Positions 46,906 through 58,436 of a DNA stretch of 64,000 bases are shown here, piece by piece (position 1 is the stretch's first letter; each line of letters begins with the position of its first letter). Origin of the DNA: Eukaryota sp. TZLM1-RC (Eukaryota; Protista; Metamonada: BaSk clade); assembly GCA_040285825.1 (NCBI GenBank), contig JAUPSS010000010.1, forward strand, positions 62,001 to 126,000. Direction: 5' to 3'. The position numbers were made by a program, and so were the translations under genes. The notes under the pieces were generated by a model. The model saw only the letters and a program-made list of their open reading frames with translations. It searched no databases and was not told the DNA's origin.

Positions 46906-49900
46906 TTTTTTTTTCTCCCTTCCCTGGTCAACCCTCTCATATTTCACTTTCTGTCACGGCGTCCAACTTGTACTGTGTCTTTGCCAAAACGATGCCATTG
47001 ACTGATAGTGACTCTGATACTGATTGGAACGCCCAAGCAAAGATTCTACCCATCAGATCAAGCTCATCCCCTTCACTTCTCCACTCTCCCCACCCTTCAA
47101 GCTATGCTCGAAATTCTTCTCAAAAAAATTTGAAAATTTTTAAAAAGATTTTTGCCTTTGTGTGATGCCCCTGATATTATGTCTGAAAAAGTGCAAAAAA
47201 GAAGACAAACCTGTTCCAAATGTGGCAAGGTTGGTCATAACATTAGAAAATGTCCTGATATTATTACCGAAAAAATGAGACTGAAAACCAATATTTCTAT
47301 TGTTAATAGTTTGCAAATGCCATCCGAACTGAATCTTCCTCCTGTTCCCAATGTTTCTGCTGATGATGTTAATTATGATTTAAATATTGATCAAACTCAT
47401 TTACCAAAAACTGTTGCTCCTGATCCTACGGATAATGTCTTGAAACATAATTGTCCTTTTTGCAAAAAGTTCCTCTCTAATTCTTCTAATGGTCGCCCTC
47501 TTTTGTTTTGTTTTGACTGTCAAACAAGTGATTCTCTTCGTGCACCTGTTAAAATTCCTGTAGAGGTGAGTCCTGCCAGTACTGTTCCTATGTCAATGGA
47601 AATGCGTTCTTTTTCTTCGCAATTGAAATTAAACAAATGGAACATAACTAGATTTTGGAAATTCTTTGCCAAAAAGAATAAGAAGAAAATTAATTACAAA
47701 CCAAAACAGAGAAATGCTAATTCATCTTTTCAAGCAAGAAAATTGTTTTTGAGAGGTAGATATGGAAGCGGATTAAAAAATATTTTTTCGGGAAAACTGG
47801 CTGATAACAATCTCGAAACTGTTGAAAAATTGAAATCTCTCCATCCAACTGAAAATTTTTGCCCCAGTAAGCCTTCTATTTGTCAATATTGGCTCGAAAA
47901 TCCATTTCAGGCTCAAGAAGTATTGAATGCCGTTGCTAAATTACCAAAAGGAAAAGCTGCTGGTCCTTCAGGCATTTCCTTTGATTTGTTGAAAACTGCC
48001 TGTAAAAATGTTCCTGAAATTGTTGAGGATCTTGCTTCCTATTTTCAAAATTTAATGTGTTTGAATTATGTTCCTCCGCCTGAATTGATTGCTGCCCGTT
48101 TAGTTGCTTTAGTTAAACCTGGTAAAGGTGACAAACCTGATGGAGTTAGACCAATTGCTATTGGAGAGTCATTAACCAGATTGCTTTCTTCCCTTATTTT
48201 TAACAGAATTTCTACTGAAGCAAGGGACTATTTGAAGCCTTTCCAATTTGGTATAAAAACTGTTGAAGGTGCTTCTGTTGCTTCAATGACTTCAGATGTT
48301 TTTTTCAATAGTTAACAACATCAATATATTTTCAATTTGGATTTCAAAAATGCTTTCAATTCTGTGAAACGTTATTGTATTTTTGATGTGCTTCTTCAAG
48401 ATTTTCCTAAACTTTCTGCGTATTTTTATTTATTTTATGGAAAAAAAATCAGACTTAATTTTTGACTCCTTTACCCTTGAATCTTCTTCTGGTGTGAAAC
48501 AAGGTGATCCTCTTGGCCCTTTGCTGTTTTGTTTGGCTATTCATAATATTATTAAAATGACACAACAAGATTTCCCTGATTTGCGTATTGTTGCCTATAT
48601 GGATGACATTTCTATTATTGGTTCTTTTGAAAGCATTTCTAGGGTCTCTGAAGACATTGCGGCGAAATACAAAGAAATTGGCTTAGCTTTGAACTCATCT
48701 AAATGTCTCTTGATTGGTAGAGAAAAACAATCTTTGATGGTTGGTGAAGCTCAGATTCCTTTTATCAATTATGACCAACAAGCTTTTGAGTTTCTTAGAT
48801 GTTGGCTTGGCAATTTGGATGAAATTTATTCCCAGTTTAACAATTTATTGGAGAAGTTTGACAAGGATCTTAGTTTTATAGCTGAATGTGACATTGAGAA
48901 ACACATCAAATTTTTTATTTTAAAAATTTGTTATTCTGGAAAATTCACTCATATTTTAAGGTCAACTCCCCCATCGGTATCTCTCAATTTTTGCAGATCT
49001 TTTAACAAACTTCGAGTCAAATTTTTTTCTTCTTTATTAGAAGTAAATGAATCTTTAATTCGAAGTCATGTATTTTGTTCAGCAGATTTGGGTGGAATTG
49101 GATTCACCAAATCTTCGATTCTGTGTAAAGCTGCATTTTTGGGAGGTGGTAAAAATTTTGTTTTTGAATTTTTCCAAAGGTTCCCTTTTGATGTTCATCT
49201 GATCAATGGTGAATCAAATTTTTACTTGAATCAACTGCAATTTGAATTAGAAAATTTGCCTAGTGATATCTGGATTCAGTGTTTCCCTCAAAATGTTCAA
49301 GAAATTCCCACCCGATCACTTCCAAATTGACGTTTTTGCTTGAAAAAGCTTCAGCACCATCTGGTTAAATTATATGAAGGCTTGGATTATGAAGTAAGAC
49401 TTGGCTTGGCCAAAACTAAAAATCCCGCTTTCGGTAATTTTTTAAAGGATATTCGTGATAGTTCAGCTGCTGCTTTAGTAACTCAAGTTCCCTCTGTTTA
49501 TGGACTTTTGTTAAAAAACAATGAATGGCTTCTAAACATGCGCTTTCGTTGTTTTCTGTGGCCAAACAATTTGCCCAATCATTTAACTTGTAAATGTGGT
49601 AAACCTCTTTTGTTTACTCATCTTTTGAACTGTAAACATTTCATTACGTTCAGAAGCAAAGTGCATGATAACGTCCGGGACCAAATTTATGTAATGTGCA
49701 AATCATATCGAGTAGATTCCTTTTTAGAACCGCTGTTATCAAAATTAATTCTTGATGATCCCAATATTGATAGTACGCGTTACAACAGAGCTTCTATGGG
49801 TCTGACTAGAGGTGATCTAGTTGTTCCTGGTTTAAATGGTAGTTTTACTATTTTGGACGCCATGTCTATTGACCCTTGTAATTCCTCTAACGAACATCTC

Positions 49901-50197
49901 ATTAACTCGGATGTAAATAATCCTCTTCTTGCAGGCGAAAAATATAAAATTGCTAAATATGCGAAACCCATTTCCTCGGTTAATGAAAATTCTCATGCCC
50001 AATATAATTTATGTCCATTTGTTTTTTCTTTGCTTGGATCTCTAGGTAAGGCTGCTATGGCTTTCCTTGAGGATTTTGTTGTTGTTGTAAAGGAAAGAAC
50101 TGGAAGAATTTTCAATCGTGTTTACTGGCAAAACAGGATTGTATTTTCTATTTTTAAGGGAATGGTAAAACTAATTTCTGATTCACTATCTTCTTTT
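46906..50197 (+). mobile_element. Family D near-full-length copy (ATG at 46992), with stops and frameshifts; unit length about 3.4 kb
   Basis: ORFs 46968..47165, 47152..48315, 48383..49330, 49340..50221 cover knuckle, RT, zinc motif and RLE. Confidence 0.93.
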
Positions 50198-50529
50198 TTT
50201 TTAAATTTAATTTTATTCTAAACCTATAAATCAACATCTAAAAAATCCATCTCTCCCAGAACAAAAACATTAGATGCAACTCTCTCATAGTGAGAACCAA
50301 GAGACAGCAAAGCATCGGAAACCATCTTCAACATCCCCTTAAAAATAGAAAACACAATTCTATTTTGCCAAAACAATCTGTTGAAATTTCTCCCAGTTCT
50401 TCTCTTTACAATCAATTCAAAATCATCCAAAAAACGTAAAGCAGTTGGTGCAAGTGAACCAAAAAGGGAAAATTTTTTTTTCTTCCCCCCTCCCCCCACC
50501 TTCCGCGTCGAACTTCCTTCCTCTCCATC

Positions 50530-51087
50530 ATGATTGTTGAAAACCTCCCTTATCACGGTCCAGGCCCTCCTATTGTTTTCTCAACAATTATTCCATATTG
50601 CTCTGCGTTGTCTCCCCCTTCTTTGTTGACTCTACTGAATGTTCTTCCACTGATAACATCATCCTTCGAAACATCAATTTGGAGACAAATTAGTTCCCTT
50701 CTCACAAGCATTTTGTTTCTTGTTCAATTTGACTTGACCATCAGCAGATGTTTGCATTTCTCTTCTCATGAAAAGCTTGCTGTCGCCTTTAAACCGCTCT
50801 TGGAGCTTCTTAGACGGCCGCTTAGTAATGGAAGTAGAAAGTTTGTGATCTGTTTACTGAAGGGTTGGTTAGTTGTTCTTGAGGTCAAATTCTCACTCTT
50901 CTTATTGGATGTTGTTGCTGGTTCTAACTATCGTATGTGTGATGAAAAGCTTGCTGTCGCCTTTAAAACGCTCTTGGAGCATCTCAGACGGCCGCTTAGT
51001 AATGTCAATCATGTACTTTTTGGTTGTGTGCTGGTTGTTCAGTGTCTTTTTGGAGTATTGACTACTAGTAGTGGAGTAGTTGGATGA
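50530..51087 (+). CDS. Hypothetical 185-aa hydrophobic protein of the passenger element with duplicated EKLAVAFKxLLExLRRPLSN motif
   Basis: ATG-to-stop ORF covers ~83% of the element; synonymous-biased differences and TGA/TAA stop swap versus the copy at 20151-21253. Confidence 0.6.
   Translation: MIVENLPYHGPGPPIVFSTIIPYCSALSPPSLLTLLNVLPLITSSFETSIWRQISSLLTSILFLVQFDLTISRCLHFSSHEKLAVAFKPLLELLRRPLSNGSRKFVICLLKGWLVVLEVKFSLFLLDVVAGSNYRMCDEKLAVAFKTLLEHLRRPLSNVNHVLFGCVLVVQCLFGVLTTSSGVVG
50768..51004 (+). repeat. Two 63-nt direct repeats (50768-50830, 50942-51004), 174-nt period
   Basis: atgaaaagcttgctgtcgcctttaaa(c/a)cgctcttggagc(t/a)tct(t/c)agacggccgcttagtaatg; also at 20234-20296/20408-20470 (-) and 56973-57035/57147-57209. 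Confidence 0.95.
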
Positions 51088-51603
51088 GGAATTTCTGAAT
51101 TGTCGTAGTATTTAGCTAATTTAATAAAGAAATTTACGAGAAAAAAAAGGGAAAATACAAATGGATACAAATTGTATTTTGCATGCTGTAGACTGGCCAA
51201 TATGGACAAAGGTTCATTGTATTTTTGAATTTAAAATTTTCAGCATTTGAAAGAGGATTATGAATTTCAGAATTAACAAGCCTTTCATTTGAGGCATTAC
51301 AAGGATCAACAGACATTACATCCAATAAAATGAAGCTTCCATCTAATCCAGGTAATATAACATCACCTCTATTATTCTTATGAAAATCATTTTCAGCATC
51401 AAACAGATTTGACAACAAAGGTTCCAAGAAGGATTCAATTCTATGAGATTTACACATACAATATAACTGGTCTCTTACAGCATCATGAACCTTGCTTCTA
51501 AAAGTAATAAAATGTTTACAATTTAACAAATGAGTAGTTGTAATTTCTCGAGAACATTTACAAATTAAATTATGAGGTAAATTATCAGGCCAGATAAAGG
51601 AAC

Positions 51604-52894
51604 TTTATTAGAAGTAAATGAATCTTTAATTCGAAGTCATGTATTTTGTTCAGCAGATTTGGGTGGAATTGGATTCACCAAATCTTCGATTCTGTGTAAA
51701 GCAGCATTTTTGGGAGGTGGTAAAAATTTTGTTTTTGAATTTTTCCAAAGGTTCCCTTTTGATGTTCATCTGATCAATGGTGAATCAAATTTTTACTTGA
51801 ATCAACTGCAATTTGAATTAGAAAATTTGCCTAGTGATATCTGGATTCAGTGTTTTCCTCAAAATGTTCAAGAAATTCCCACTCGATCACTTCCAAATTT
51901 ACGTTTTTGCTTGAAAAAGCTTCAGCACCATCTGGTTAAATTATATGAAGGCTTGGATTATGAAGTAAGACTTGGCTTGGCCAAAACTAAAAATCCCGCT
52001 TTCGGTAATTTTTTAAAGGATATTCGTGATAGTTCTGCTGCTGCTTTAGTAACTCAAGTTCCCTCTGTTTATGGACTTTTGTTAAAAGACAATGAATGGC
52101 TTCTAAACATGCGTTTTCGTTGTTTTCTGTGGCCAAACAATTTGCCCAATCATTTAACTTGTAAATGTGGTAAACCTCTTTTGTTTACTCATCTTTTGAA
52201 CTGTAAACATTTCATTACGTTTAGAAGCAAAGTGCATAATAACGTCAGGGACCAAATTTATGTAATGTGCAAATCATATCGTGTAGATTCCTTTTTAGAA
52301 CCGCTGTTATCAAAATTAATTCTTGATGATCCCAATATTGATAGTACGCGTTACAACAGAGCTTCTATGGGTCTGACTAGAGGTGATCTAGTTGTTCCTG
52401 GTTTAAATGGTAGTTTTACTATTTTGGACGCCATGTCTATTGACCCTTGTGATTCCTCTAACGAACATCTCATTAACTCGGATGTAAATAATCCTCTTCT
52501 TGCAGGCGAAAAATATAAAATTGCTAAATATGCGAAACCCATTTCCTCGGTTAATGAAAATTCTCATGCCCAATATAATTTATGTCCATTTGTTTTTTCT
52601 TTGCTTGGATCTCTAGGTAAGGCTGCTATGGCTTTCCTTGAGGATTTTGTTGTAGTTGTAAAGGAAAGAACTGGAAGAATTTTCAATCATGTTTACTGGC
52701 AAAACAGGATTGTATTTTCTATTTTTAAGGGAATGATAAAACTAATTTCTGATTCACTATCTTCTTTTGGGAAATTTTCTGAATCTTTAGCAATTAATTG
52801 TTTTGATGTAGGGGAGGCAGGTTTTGAGGATGTCGAGTTTTAATTGTGTATTTCATATTTGTTGTTGAATAAAAATAAATAAGGTAAAAAAAAA
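51604..52894 (+). mobile_element. Family D 3' half
   Basis: ORF 51659..52843 ending AGFEDVEF*. Confidence 0.92.
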
Positions 52895-52911
52895 GAACTT
52901 TTGCACGTAAC

Positions 52912-54218
52912 TTTTTTTTTAAATTTAATTTTATTCTAAACCTATAAATCAACATCTAAAAAATCCATCTCTCCCAAAACAAAAACACTAGATGCAACTC
53001 TCTCATAGTGAGATCCAAGAGAAAGCAAAGCATCAGAAACCATCTTCAACATCCCCTTAAAAATAGAAAACACAATTCTATTTTGCCAAAACAATCTGTT
53101 GAAATTTCTGCCAGTTCTTCTCTTTACAATCATTTCAAAATCATCCAAAAAACGTAAAGCAGTTGGTGCAAGTGAACCAAAAAGGGAAAATACAAATGGA
53201 TACAAATTGTATTTTGCATGCTGTAGACTGGCCAATTTGGACAAAGGTTCATTGTATTTTTTGAATTTAAAATTTTCAGCATTTGAAAGGGGATTATGAA
53301 TTTCAGAATTAACAAGCCTTTCATTTGAGGCATTACAAGGATCAACAGACATTACATCCAATAAAATGAAGCTTCCATCTAATCCAGGTAATATGACATC
53401 ACCTCTATTATTCTTATGAAAATCATTTTCAGCATCAAACAGATTTGACAACAAAGGTTCCAAGAAGGATTCAATTCTATGAGATTTACACATACAATAT
53501 AACTGGTCTCTTACAGCATCATGAACCTTGCTTCTAAAAGTAATAAAATGTTTACAATTTAACAAATGAGTAGTTGTAATTTCTCGAGAACATTTACAAA
53601 TTAAATTATGAGGTAAATTATCAGGCCAGATAAAGGAACGAAATCTCATATTCAGAGTCCAAGCAGAATCGGATAAGAGAGAACCATAAACTTGTGGAAT
53701 TGTTGTTACTAAGGCAGAAGAAGTACTGTCACACATATCTTGTAAAAGATTTGCAAAAGCGGGATTTCTTGGCCAAGCCAAGTCTAACATCAAAATCCAA
53801 GCTTTCAAAAATCTTTGACAATTTTTGTTGAAGCTTTTTACAGCAAAACTGTAAATTAAATAGAGATCGGTTTGGAATTTCTTGAATTGATTGAGGAAAA
53901 CATTTGGTCCAAATTTGTGGCGGTAATTTTTCAAGTTCACAAGATAACTCATACAAATAGGGACTACAATTGGGGACTAACAGATGTGAATCATCAGGAA
54001 ATCTACGAGAAAATTCATAAATAAAATTTTTGCCACCACCCAAGAATGCTGATTGACACAAAATTGAAGATTTAGTAAAACCAATACCACCCAAAATTGC
54101 TGAAGATAATAAATGGCTTTTCAACATTCCTGGTTCTACATCCAATAAATCAGCAAAAAATTCTGTTCTCAATGAATTAAAAGAACGACAAAAATCTAAT
54201 GCTATGGAAGGAGCACAA
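52912..54218 (-). mobile_element. Family C 3' half
   Basis: ORFs 53729..54172 and 52942..53952. Confidence 0.92.
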
Positions 54219-57200
54219 GCTTTAAAAATGCTTTTAATTCTGTAAAGCGAGAAGCAATTTTTGAAGTTATTAAATCTGATTTTCCTGAGCTATCGAGTTT
54301 TTTCTACCATTTTTATGGGAAAGAATCAGATTTAATTTTTAATTCATTTGGTCTTAAATCATCTTCTGGAGTGAAGCAAGGAGATCCTTTAGGCCCATTA
54401 TTGTTTTCAAACGGAAAAAATATGCAAATCCTTTAAAAGAATTGAAACATGTTCGCCATGTAGATTACCAAATTTGCCCATTTGCTATATCGTTGTATGG
54501 TCGTCTTGGAAAAACTGCTATGAATTTTTTTTTCTCCCTTCCCTGGTCAACCCTCTCATATTTCACTTTCTGTCACGGCGTCCAACTTGTACTGTGTCTT
54601 TGCCAAAACGATGCCATTGACTGATAGTGACTCTGATACTGATTGGAACGCCCAAGCAAAGATTCTACCCATCAGATCAAGCTCATCCCCTTCACTTCTC
54701 CACTCTCCCCACCCTTCAAGCTATGCTCGAAATTCTTCTCAAAAAAATTTGAAAATTTTTAAAAAAGATTTTTTGCCTTTGTGTGATGCCCCTGATATTA
54801 TGTCTGAAAAAGTGCAAAAAAGAAGACAAACCTGTTCCAAATGTGGCAAGGTTGGTCATAACATTAGAAAATGTCCTGATATTATTACCGAAAAAATGAG
54901 ACTGAAAACCAATATTTCTATTGTTAATAGTTTGCAAATGCCATCCGAACTGAATCTTCCTCCTGTTCCCAATGTTTCTGCTGATGATGTTAATTATGAT
55001 TTAAATATTGATCAAACTCATTTACCAAAAACTGTTGCTCCTGATCCTACGGATAATGTCTTGAAACATAATTGTCCTTTTTGCAAAAAGTTCCTCTCTA
55101 ATTCTTCTAATGGTCGCCCTCTTTTGTTTTGTTTTGACTGTCAAACAAGTGATTCTCTTCGTGCACCTGTTAAAATTCCTGTAGAGGTGAGTCCTGCCAG
55201 TTCTGTTCCTATGTCAATGGAAATGCGTTCTTTTTCTTCGCAATTGAAATTAAACAAATGGAACATAACTAGATTTTGGAAATTCTTTGCCAAAAAGAAT
55301 AAGAAGAAAAATTAATTACAAACCAAAACAGAGAAATGCTAATTCATCTTTTCAAGCAAGAAAATTGTTTTTGAGAGGTAGATATGGAAGCGGATTAAAA
55401 AATATTTTTTCGGGAAAACTGGCTGATAACAATCTCGAAACTGTTGAAAAATTGAAATCTCTCCATCCAACTGAAAATTTTTGCCCCAGTAAGCCTTCTA
55501 TTTGTCAATATTGGCTCGAAAATCCATTTCAGGCTCAAGAAGTATTGAATGCCGTTGCTAAATTACCAAAAGGAAAAGCTGCTGGTCCTTCAGGCATTTC
55601 CTTTGATTTGTTGAAAACTGCCTGTAAAAATGTTCCTGAAATTGTTGAGGATCTTGCTTCCTATTTTCAAAATTTAATGTGTTTGAATTATGTTCCTCCG
55701 CCTGAATTGATTGCTGCCCGTTTAGTTGCTTTAGTTAAACCTGGTAAAGGTGACAAACCTGATGGAGTTAGACCAATTGCTATTCGAGAGTCATTAACCA
55801 GATTGCTTTCTTCCCTTATTTTTAACAGAATTTCTACTGAAGCAAGGGACTATTTGAAGCCTTTCCAATTTGGTATAATAACGTCCGGGACCAAATTTAT
55901 GTAATGTGCAAATCATATCGAGTAGATTCCTTTTTAGAACCGCTGTTATCAAAATTAATTCTTGATGATCCCAATATTGATAGTACGCGTTACAACAGAG
56001 CTTCTATGGGTCTGACTAGAGGTGATCTAGTTGTTCCTGGTTTAAATGGTAGTTTTACTATTTTGGACGCCATGTCTACTGACCCTTGTAATTCCTCTAA
56101 CGAACATCTCATTAACTCGGATGTAAATAATCCTCTTCTTGCAGGCGAAAAATATAAAATTGCTAAATATGCGAAACCCATTTCCTCGGTTAATGAAAAT
56201 TCTCATGCCCAATATAATTTATGTCCATTTGTTTTTTCTTTGCTTGGATCTCTAGGTAAGGCTGCTATGGCTTTCCTTGAGGATTTTGTTGTTGTTGTAA
56301 AGGAAAGAACTGGAAGAATTTTCAATCGTGTTTACTGGCAAAACAGGATTGTATTTTCTATTTTTAAGGGAATGGTAAAACTAATTTCTGATTCACTATC
56401 TTCTTTTTTTTAAATTTAATTTTATTCTAAACCTATAAATCAACATCTAAAAAATCCATCTCTCCCAGAACAAAAACATTAGATGCAACTCTCTCATAGT
56501 GAGAACCAAGAGACAGCAAAGCATCAGAAACCATCTTCAACATCCCCTTAAAAATAGAAAACACAATTCTATTTTGCCAAAACAATCTGTTGAAATTTTT
56601 CCCAGTTCTTCTCTTTACAATCAATTCAAAATCATCCAAAAAACGTAAAGCAGTTGATGCAAGTGAACCAAAAAGGGAAAATTTTTTTTTCTTCCCCCCC
56701 CCACCTTCCGCGTCGAACTTCCTTCCTCTCCATCATGATTGTTGAAAACCTCCCTTATCACGGTCCAGGCCCTCCTATTGTTTTCTCAACAATTATTCCA
56801 TATTGCTCTGCGTTGTCTCCCCCTTCTTTGTTGACTCTACTGAATGTTCTTCCACTGATAACATCATCCTTCGAAACATCAATTTGGAGACAAATTAGTT
56901 CCCTTCTCACAAGCATTTTGTTTCTTGTTCAATTTGACTTGACCATCAGCAGATGTTTGCATTTCTCTTCTCATGAAAAGCTTGCTGTCGCCTTTAAACC
57001 GCTCTTGGAGCTTCTTAGACGGCCGCTTAGTAATGGAAGTAGAAAGTTTGTGATCTGTTTACTGAAGGGTTGGTTAGTTGTTCTTGAGGTCAAATTCTCA
57101 CTCTTCTTATTGGATGTTGTTGCTGGTTCTAACTATCGTATGTGTGATGAAAAGCTTGCTGTCGCCTTTAAAACGCTCTTGGAGCATCTCAGACGGCCGC

Positions 57201-58436
57201 TTAGTAATGTCAATCATGTACTTTTTGGTTGTGTGCTGGTTGTTCAGTGTCTTTTTGGAGTATTGACTACTAGTAGTGGAGTAGTTGGATGAGGAATTTC
57301 TGAATTGTCGTAGTATTTAGCTAATTTAATAAAGAAATTTACGAGAAAAAAAAAGGGAAAATACAAATGGATACAAATTGTATTTTGCATGCTGTAGACT
57401 GGCCAATTTGGACAAAGGTTCATTGTATTTTTTGAATTTAAAATTTTCAGCATTTGAAAGAGGATTATGAATTTCAGAATTAACAAGCCTTTCATTTGAG
57501 GCATTACAAGGATCAACAGACATTACATCCAATAAAATGAAGCTTCCATCTAATCCAGGTAATATAACATCACCTCTATTATTCTTATGAAAATCATTTT
57601 CAGCATCAAACAGATTTGACAACAAAGGTTCCAAGAAGGATTCAATTCTATGAGATTTACACATACAATATAACTGGTCTCTTACAGCATCATGAACCTT
57701 GCTTCTAAAAGTAATAAAATGTTTACAATTTAACAAATGAGTAGTTGTAATTTCTCGAGAACATTTACAAATTAAATTATGAGGTAAATTATCAGGCCAG
57801 ATAAAGGAACTTTATTAGAAGTAAATGAATCTTTAATTCGAAGTCATGTATTTTGTTCAGCAGATTTGGGTGGAATTGGATTCACCAAATCTTCGATTCT
57901 GTGTAAAGCAGCATTTTTGGGAGGTGGTAAAAATTTTGTTTTTGAATTTTTCCAAAGGTTCCCTTTTGATGTTCATCTGATCAATGGTGAATCAAATTTT
58001 ACTTGAATCAACTGCAATTTGAATTAGAAAATTTGCCTAGTGATATCTGGATTCAGTGTTTTCCTCAAAATGTTCAAGAAATTCCCACTCGATCACTTCC
58101 AAATTTACGTTTTTGCTTGAAAAAGCTTCAGCACCATCTGGTTAAATTATATGAAGGCTTGGATTATGAAGGAAGACTTGGCTTGGCCAAAACTAAAAAT
58201 CCCGCTTTCGGTAATTTTTTAAAGGATATTCGTGATAGTTCTGCTGCTGCTTTAGTAACTCAAGTTCCCTCTGTTTATGGACTTTTGTTAAAAGACAATG
58301 GATGGCTTCTAAACATGCGTTTTCGTTGTTTTCTGTGGCCAAACAATTTGCCCAATCATTTAACTTGTAAATGTGGTAAACCTCTTTTGTTTACTCATCT
58401 TTTGAACTGTAAACATTTCATTACGTTTAGAAGCAA
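54219..58436 (+). repeat. Segmental duplicate of ~46601-52230 with a ~1.4-kb deletion inside D
   Basis: Same C/A/D/C(-)/passenger/D junction series; deletion junction ggtataa|taacgtccggga near 55878. Confidence 0.9.
56683..57349 (+). mobile_element. Passenger element, duplicate of 50474-51143 (ORF 56735-57292)
   Basis: Same TSD and identical ORF translation. Confidence 0.92.

Larger units (their letters stand above)
50474..51143 (+). mobile_element. Complete ~670-bp non-autonomous passenger retroelement
   Basis: 13-bp TSD at 50461-50473 and 51144-51156; T-run/C-rich start; AATAAA at 51123 and A-tail; no RT or endonuclease. Confidence 0.92.
50198..51603 (-). mobile_element. Family C 3' part split by the passenger element
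   Basis: ORFs 50224.. and 51134..51529; TSD aaaaagggaaaat. Confidence 0.9.

Noticed and set aside
50768-51004. Repeats as CRISPR array, SECIS, hammerhead, C/D snoRNA or 7SL/B1-like dimer
   Set aside because: Only two 63-nt units and no cas genes; no CUGANGA/GAAA core; SECIS spacing and 3' GA do not fit; C box present in only one unit; the cgcctttaa resemblance to B1 is too short to support.
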